The position numbers were made by a program, and so were the translations under genes. The notes beneath the pieces are model-generated. The model was not told the DNA's origin. It searched no databases and saw only the letters and a list, made by a program, of their open reading frames with translations. Of a stretch of DNA of 64,000 bases, positions 60,405-64,000 are shown in pieces (positions within the stretch are counted from its first letter, which is position 1; the number at the start of each line of letters is the position of its first letter). The stretch covers positions 62,001 to 126,000 of the IMG/VR virus record IMGVR_UViG_3300036944_001289; one strand, 5' to 3'.

Positions 60405-60822
60405 TAATTGGCTTTACGTAGAGGTCAACATCGCAATTTTCTGTTAACTCTTGCTCATACATTCTTTCTTTATACTCTGTTATCGTATCGTGATGCTTCT
60501 TTTCTTTTTTGATTCTATTAATGAATGCATTGAATGCTATTGTTGTAAAGTAACTGAAAGGGTTAAATTCTGATTTAATATCGAACTTTTTATTCTTAAC
60601 TGCAGTATACATCTTTACTATTGCATCGCCTACCATTTCATCTCTATATGTATAGTTAATAAAATTTGAGGAATAACTTAGACCTGTTGCAATTTTATTA
60701 ATATATTCAGCTAACTCATTTGTAATTTCATTAGATTTATAATATATAACAAGTTTCTGTTTAAACTCTTCAGGGTCTACATAATATTCTGTCTTTTTAG
60801 GTTTTGGACCTCGTTTTGCCAT
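60373..60822 (-). CDS. gp55: Late-transcription sigma factor
   Basis: YVD...KIATGLS..NFINYTYRDEMVGD...NPFSYFTTIAFNAFINRIKKEKK. Confidence 0.92.
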   Translation of the reverse strand: MAKRGPKPKKTEYYVDPEEFKQKLVIYYKSNEITNELAEYINKIATGLSYSSNFINYTYRDEMVGDAIVKMYTAVKNKKFDIKSEFNPFSYFTTIAFNAFINRIKKEKKHHDTITEYKERMYEQELTENCDVDLYVKPISDDYDSDSSE

Positions 60823-60835
60823 AGTGAGATTATAT

Positions 60836-62281
60836 TTAATCTAGAGGTTTTTCAACCAGTTTTGTTGAAGAATAATTAATTTTTTCTCTATCGTAAATAG
60901 ATTTGCGATGCATACCGTGAGCACCACCGTATTTTAGATTATCTACTATATCTACAATAGTCAATTTTTGTTTGTTGTTGTGTAATCTTAAACCTCTACC
61001 AATCGATTGTATAATTCTTATAAAGCTTTTACCACCTGATCCAAAAACTATCATATGTATATTTTTTACATTAATACCAGTAGAAAATATGGCACTTATT
61101 GCAACGCAAACTATATTATCTTTAACTTCCATCTCCTTAATAACTCTGTCTCTCTCATCTACATCTACATCACCTCGTATAAAATATACGATTTTATCTT
61201 GTAATTTAGCTTTAAGATTATCGTAAATTAACTGGCCGTGTGATATATGATTTACTAGTATTAGAGTATTGTTATTAAAGTTTTTGCATAGTGTATTAAT
61301 TATATTGTTTCTAAATTTATTATTATAGATGTGTTCTAATTCTGATTTATACTTATTAGTGCCAGGTATTTGAGGAACTTTAGTAGTATAATCTATATCT
61401 AATACTTTAATAGATACTTGTGTAAGATATTTCTCTTCTCTTAATTCAAAACTACTCTTTTCATAGATAATAGTACCTAATTTACTTATAATATTTAGCT
61501 CTTCACCTCTATCATCAGGTAATGTACCTGTAAGACCAAATTTATGGTATGTTTTAATTTCATCTACAAGTTTACATATTTTGTTTTTACCTTTTAATTT
61601 GTGCGTTTCATCAACAATAACTAAATCTACATCGTTTATCCATAGATTTTCTGCATATTTGCTTTGTAATATACCTATATTTGCTATGATAACATCACTG
61701 CTAAGATCAGGTTCTATATTTCCAGTCCATCTTGTAACAGTAAATGGTACTTTATAGCTTAGAAAATCAGAGTGTGTTTGGTTTACAAGTGATAGATCTG
61801 GAACTATCATTAGTGCTTTTAGTTTCTTAACCTTATAATTATAAAACGTACTCAATAAACTTGCTGAGATTAAAGTCTTACCACCACCTGTACCTATTTT
61901 AATTATACCTCTACCGAATGAAAGCGCGTTCTTTATTGTTTCGCTTTGAAAATCTCTAAGTTTAAGAGATAGATCATCATAAACATCAACACCGGTTACT
62001 GTTGGTCTAACTACCTTTGGTATATCTTTATCAATATCTAGGTTTACATCAGTAAAACTTACAGATATAAATTTACATATATCAAAAAATAGCCCCGGCT
62101 CAAACATACCTGTAGGTGTTATAAAGTATTTTCTATCAGCAACAAACCTCATCCCTTTTTTTCTCATAAAAAAGGCACCTTCGTTCTTTACACTGAAATG
62201 TTCCCTTATTTCAGTTAGAAAATCACCAGATAACCTACAAAGTCCACGATTTTTTAGATAATCTATACGTATACTTTTCAT
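60836..62281 (-). CDS. uvsW: SF2 DNA helicase
   Basis: LRDFQ, TGGGKT, VDETH, GLTGT, STGIN, QSIGRGLR. Confidence 0.93.
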   Translation of the reverse strand: MKSIRIDYLKNRGLCRLSGDFLTEIREHFSVKNEGAFFMRKKGMRFVADRKYFITPTGMFEPGLFFDICKFISVSFTDVNLDIDKDIPKVVRPTVTGVDVYDDLSLKLRDFQSETIKNALSFGRGIIKIGTGGGKTLISASLLSTFYNYKVKKLKALMIVPDLSLVNQTHSDFLSYKVPFTVTRWTGNIEPDLSSDVIIANIGILQSKYAENLWINDVDLVIVDETHKLKGKNKICKLVDEIKTYHKFGLTGTLPDDRGEELNIISKLGTIIYEKSSFELREEKYLTQVSIKVLDIDYTTKVPQIPGTNKYKSELEHIYNNKFRNNIINTLCKNFNNNTLILVNHISHGQLIYDNLKAKLQDKIVYFIRGDVDVDERDRVIKEMEVKDNIVCVAISAIFSTGINVKNIHMIVFGSGGKSFIRIIQSIGRGLRLHNNKQKLTIVDIVDNLKYGGAHGMHRKSIYDREKINYSSTKLVEKPLD

Positions 62282-62676
62282 TACAATTGCTCTAATTGCA
62301 TTATTTTTATAATATTTGAAACATCGTAGGTCATAGATGAAAATGTCTTTTCTGTCTTTTCAAGAAATTCTATGATTATTTTCTCTTCACCTATTTTAAT
62401 ATTCATCTCTCTCATTTTATCATGGTTTTCAGCAGCATTTTCTGCTGTAATCAAACTTAATTTAACAGGTGACTGTGTTTGTAGTTCAGTCATTACAGTT
62501 TTTTTAAAAAAATTCTTATCGTTTTCGAGCTTTAATAGATTACGTTTATGATTGATCAGTCTACTAACCCAAAAATGTTTACGAGCAGGTATTCTTAGGC
62601 CTACTTCTTTTATGTTAAATTCGTCAATCTTAAGATCTTCTTCGATTTCTTTTATATATCGTTCTAACAATTCCAT
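62281..62676 (-). CDS. uvsY: Recombination mediator (UvsY-like)
   Basis: EEDLKID...RIPARKHFW...FLEK...YDVSNII; adjacent to uvsW. Confidence 0.8.
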   Translation of the reverse strand: MELLERYIKEIEEDLKIDEFNIKEVGLRIPARKHFWVSRLINHKRNLLKLENDKNFFKKTVMTELQTQSPVKLSLITAENAAENHDKMREMNIKIGEEKIIIEFLEKTEKTFSSMTYDVSNIIKIMQLEQL

Positions 62677-62707
62677 ATTATATTATAAATATATAATACA
62701 ATTATCA

Positions 62708-62917
62708 ATGATAAGTTTTAAAAAATTCTATGCTATTTTTAAAGAAGATAGCTCTTACTCAGATGGTACATTAGGGCCTGCTGCAAATGTATCTCACAAT
62801 GCAATAGCCAATAGCGATTGGTATGCACCTGGTGACTATAGAATACCAAAAGGTGGTAGAGTATATAGACGCAGTGGTGTTGTAAAGCGTAAAAAGAGAC
62901 GTAAATACAAAAAATGA
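62708..62917 (+). CDS. Small basic late protein (69 aa)
   Basis: MISFKKFYAIFKED...KRKKRRKYKK; TATAAATA upstream. Confidence 0.6.
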   Translation: MISFKKFYAIFKEDSSYSDGTLGPAANVSHNAIANSDWYAPGDYRIPKGGRVYRRSGVVKRKKRRKYKK

Positions 62918-63339
62918 TAACAGATTTTGGTCATTGGATTAATTGCACATCATTAAATGTTGAGGAGTTACCCTATGGCTTTATCTATTTGATAGAGAAT
63001 AAAGTAACAAATAAAAAGTATATAGGTAAAAAACAAATTAAAAGTGTAAAAAAGCTTAAACCATTAAAAGGTAAGAAGAATAAAAGGCATTTTGACGTTG
63101 AGACAGATTGGAAGACTTATACATCTTCTTCTAATGAGGTTAATAGTGACATAGAAAAGTACGGAAAAGATAACTTTTCGTTCTCAATTATAAAATTTTG
63201 TGATTCTAAAAGTGAATTAGCATACTTTGAAGCAAAATTACAATTCGAAGAGAACGTACTATTACGTGAGGATTACTATAACGGTATCATAAATTTGAGA
63301 ATAGGTAAAAATTGTTTTATAAAAAAGTTGAAAACATAA
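62914..63339 (+). CDS. Small GIY-YIG-fold nuclease
   Basis: YGFIYLIEN...KYIGKK...WKTYTSS...E...YYN. Confidence 0.75.
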   Translation: MITDFGHWINCTSLNVEELPYGFIYLIENKVTNKKYIGKKQIKSVKKLKPLKGKKNKRHFDVETDWKTYTSSSNEVNSDIEKYGKDNFSFSIIKFCDSKSELAYFEAKLQFEENVLLREDYYNGIINLRIGKNCFIKKLKT

Positions 63340-63359
63340 AATACAGTATATAATACAGT
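63328..63359 (+). promoter_or_regulatory. Representative sigma70-type promoter TTGAAA-N15-TATAAT-N5-ATG
   Basis: The same 15-nt spacer layout precedes dut, uvsX, gp55 and uvsY. Confidence 0.65.
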
Positions 63360-63917
63360 ATGTCTGTTATATACGATGTTGCTGATGATATTAATATAAT
63401 CGACGTTAATTCGATGTTTGTTGAAAAAACCTACGTAGATATAGTTAATGATTTATATAAGCTAGATCTATTGAAACCTAAAATAACTACAGATGTTAAG
63501 CGAATAATGTATCATCATGTAATACATGATATTTGTGAGTTTTATTTATGTAGTCCTCTTAGAAAACCTGTGGTATTATTCAATAATACTCAGTTAGAAG
63601 ACTGTCTAATCTTTCAATACTTTACAGAAGAAGATATATTGGGCATATTAACAAGTGTATTTGCAAAAATACAAAAGACTTTACCTATTAGATGCTACTT
63701 AAGTAAGTATAGTGGCAAGCATCTAAAGTACAAATCTAACTCTGATGATGGTAAAATACTAAATACCTTGAATTTAATAAAGGAAATTAGTAATTCACCT
63801 GTTAAATCTGATATAACATTCGAGAATATTAAAAAATTTACTAAGAAATACGGATTGATATACTTAAATCAAGAATACTTTACCAGGCTTGCAACTAAAC
63901 ATCTTTATATTCGTTAA
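63360..63917 (+). CDS. Hypothetical protein, possibly a degenerate RNase H/FEN N-domain
   Basis: IIDVNSMF...KRIMYHHVIHDI...PVVLFN...KIQKTLPI pattern. Confidence 0.55.
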   Translation: MSVIYDVADDINIIDVNSMFVEKTYVDIVNDLYKLDLLKPKITTDVKRIMYHHVIHDICEFYLCSPLRKPVVLFNNTQLEDCLIFQYFTEEDILGILTSVFAKIQKTLPIRCYLSKYSGKHLKYKSNSDDGKILNTLNLIKEISNSPVKSDITFENIKKFTKKYGLIYLNQEYFTRLATKHLYIR

Positions 63918-63934
63918 TAAATATAAATATTATT

Positions 63935-64000
63935 ATGAGTATTTTCGATAAAAAAGCTAACCAGATCATTTCATCATTTTTATTAGAAGGTGTAGATTCC
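63935..64000 (+). CDS. Late protein, N-terminus only (runs off window end)
   Basis: TAAATA-N5-ATG; MSIFDKKANQIISSFLLEGVDS. Confidence 0.55.
   Translation, partial: MSIFDKKANQIISSFLLEGVDS

Noticed and set aside
62552-62707. Upstream extension of the + ORF given in the track
   Set aside because: It overlaps uvsY antisense and the divergent promoter region; the ATG at 62708 is the more plausible start.
1-64000. Stop-codon reassignment (alternative genetic code)
   Set aside because: Core genes are full length in the standard code and TAA, TGA and TAG all end genes. The apparent breaks are explained by an intron, a split intein, an ATT start and one frameshift.
1-64000. CRISPR array, tRNA genes, diversity-generating retroelement or retron
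   Set aside because: No regularly spaced repeats, cloverleaf structures or reverse transcriptase motifs were seen by eye; tRNAscan/Infernal could not be run.

Overview
AT-rich, densely coding segment of a large T4-like (contractile-tail) phage genome read in the standard genetic code. Left ~33 kb: virion genes, including beta-rich fibre/baseplate-like proteins, a GT2 glycosyltransferase, a Nal1-type serine protease with Thr-rich stalks, gp25/gp53/gp48/gp54/gp26-like baseplate, tube gp19, sheath gp18, gp3, terminase and neck gp14. These are interleaved with the clamp loader, dUTPase and free-standing endonucleases. Right ~31 kb: the T4-type replication/recombination core (gp61, gp45, gp32, gp59, gp41, UvsX, gp43, gp46/47, gp55, UvsW, UvsY), dTDP-sugar genes (rmlA, rmlB, NRS/ER-like epimerase-reductase), thyX, and a QueC-variant / class II GATase / GNAT / glycosyltransferase group. 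Main hidden structures: (1) gp46 (Rad50/SbcC) is fractured inside its Walker A motif by an atypically split intein (28-aa IntN, 123-aa IntC), with a frameshifted Vsr-like endonuclease gene between the halves. (2) A 243-nt group I intron interrupts the glycosyltransferase next to DNA polymerase. (3) The GATase starts at AUU behind a 9-codon uORF, and the QueC has lost its Zn-binding cysteines. (4) Promoters sit at near-fixed distances from start codons (TAAATA-N5-ATG; TTGAnn-N15-TATAAT-N5-9-ATG), implying leaderless mRNAs. (5) A ~40-bp direct repeat flanks a two-gene cassette. All product calls come from motif recognition by eye; no database search was run.
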